The notes beneath the pieces were generated by a model. The model was not told the origin of the DNA, did no database searches, and saw only the letters and a program-made list of their open reading frames with translations. Below, piece after piece: positions 62,193 to 64,000 of a stretch of 64,000 nt of DNA. The translations under genes and the position numbers were made by a program. The stretch spans positions 1,736,001-1,800,000 of the forward strand of contig CM060734.1 in assembly GCA_030704615.1 (NCBI GenBank), in the 5' to 3' direction. This stretch comes from Takakia lepidozioides (Eukaryota; Plantae; Bryophyta). Within the stretch, counting starts at the first letter, position 1. Each line of letters begins with the position of its first letter.

Positions 62193-64000
62193 CTGAACAG
62201 GGGACAGAGGCCCTGGCCAAGTTTATTAAAAAGAGGGGAAAACAAGAGAGCGGAGGAAAAAATAATCTCCAGGGAGGCCATAAAGGCGTATCACATGGGG
62301 AACACCCAGCACTAATAGGTAGGGGGGGGGACAGCAGGAGCAAGCCAGATCGTGGCTAAACTATGGTGCCTGAGTGATGATGATGAAAGAGCCCAAAGTC
62401 TTGAAATGAGCCAAAAGAAGGAGCCCCAAGTCTTAATTGGAACCAAAAGAAGGGGCAGAGGGCTGTAGTATGCTACCAATCCTAGGGGAAGGGTAACAGT
62501 ATAACTTGTCCAGAAAACAAAGAGACTATCAACGACCGAAATCTAGATGCACTTTGGATTTAGAACTGTGGGTCTTGTTGTGCTTCCAATTGATGTCTGG
62601 TGCGTCCGATTCAGCCGGTGACTTGCCAAGAGATGGGGAGGAGGTCGTGCCATGTAATTCAAGAGTCATCGACTCTGGAGCAGAGGATGTCGTCTTTGGC
62701 CCAGGTGGTGTCGAAATCCGCAAGCAGCTGCCGGCTCCTGCCTTCACTGCACCTGCTGATGGCTATTTGCAAGGACACCCAAACCTTACGCTCCTCAGTC
62801 ATTAGATCTGAATACAATTTGCAGAGGATCCGTCTGATGCTGGGTCGTTTTCCCTCAAAGATCAAAACACATATGGCCGTCCATATTGCCCATAGCGTGT
62901 GTGCTCTAAGACAGGCCCAGATCAGGCATTCGTTCCAAGCAGCGCTTCTATGTAAATTAAGCAACAGGAGAGAAGCTGATAGGGGTGGGACGGCCTGCCA
63001 GTGGGAATAGAAGCCTACCACTATAGTCCAAATCCTAGCAGGAAGGTGGTAGGTGAACAAAACATGCTCCATAGTTTCATTGTAACCACAGTTGCACACC
63101 AAGCAGGCAGGGTTCTGACCCTGAAGGTTGGCTGCCATAGGGAGGATTTTATTGGCTATCTTCCATAAGAAAGCGCTGATTTTGGTAGAACGGTGCCCAA
63201 ATATCTTTCCGAATTTGCTTCCATCCCTTTTCCGGCAAGCTGAGGTTCCATTTTCCATTCCACTTAGCCGTGAAATTAGCGTTGCCCAGCAACAGCTTAT
63301 AGCCAGTCTTGACTTTGTACTCGAGGAGAGGTGTTTTCTTGACGTCCATCCAGGTCCATTCTCCCGGGTCAAGTTGAAGTCTGCTAAGGGGGTAACGCAA
63401 GAACCACGTCAAGGGTGTCCTTTCGGCCCAGCGGAACTCTCCTCCAGGGGGCGGCTTGGGATCTGGTATCCCAGTCAGAGTTTCTAAAACTCTAATTCTA
63501 AAGGCGGAGTCCCGGCACATGTGCCCTTGCCCGATATGCAGTAGGGTCCCTTCAGAGTCGGCAATAAATCTTAGGCCTTCCCAGTGCAATGCAGAGCTGG
63601 AGATAGCTAGTAAGGCAAAGAATCTGCCACCTTCATAGTTGCCGAACCAGCAGGGGAGACTGCTCTGTGAGTTGTCTCCCCTAGTCAGTAAAGGCAGAAC
63701 ATATGACACTCCTTGCTTAATGTGCTCCCATCCGTGTTTGATAGAACTCGCGGAAATGAGCGTGGACAGGATATCGGGCTGCAGAAAGTTTCCATTTTCC
63801 CAGATATCGGCTATGTGTGAGAGTCCTTTGGATTCCCAAGTAGCCCATTTTTTGTGAGGGGGGCATAGTCCAGATTGTTGTTTCCGAACAACGGCTGGCG
63901 AATTGCCTCCTCAAAGCAAAGTGCCCTTCTTTGAAACAGGTGAGGTCTGATCGACAGCCAGGCAGCCCAGATAGACCTCCATGCGGCACTCCCCGTGCAT
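62164..64000 (-). mobile_element. L1-type LINE 3' end (zf-RVT region, 3' UTR, AATAAA, poly-A tail); runs off window end
   Basis: SAFLWKIANKILP..CLVCNCGYNETMEHVLF..LWAIW; TTTATT at 62222-62227 and T-run 62164-62192 on the + strand. Confidence 0.88.

Overview
Eukaryotic, almost certainly land-plant DNA, judged from PLS-type PPR repeats, an ATL RING-H2 gene and a plant chromovirus; a non-seed plant is plausible but not provable here. The window is dominated by nested transposons. The centrepiece is two related Ty3/Gypsy retrotransposons: P1 (15120-49695, +) and M1 (19525-36143, -, inserted inside P1). Their polyprotein order is gag-PR-[DNMT3-like C5 cytosine methyltransferase]-RT-RH-IN(DDE)-[PHD finger]. 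Both copies also have a non-canonical terminal layout A...PPT-B-gc-A-B (split/permuted LTR) with TG..CA ends, 4-bp TSDs, a palindromic GACA-GC-TGTC internal junction, and a covarying 12-nt self-priming signal instead of a tRNA PBS. This suggests integration from a 2-LTR circle via an internal att site (inference). Also present: a P-superfamily-like DNA transposon (16-bp TIR, 8-bp TSD) carrying a captured PPR gene fragment, a young chromovirus inserted in P1's DNMT domain, two MULE copies, hAT and Gypsy remnants, two L1-type LINE 3' ends, and one host RING-H2 gene. Many frameshifts sit in homopolymers and may be sequencing errors. All calls come from reading the sequence and ORF track by eye; no searches were run.
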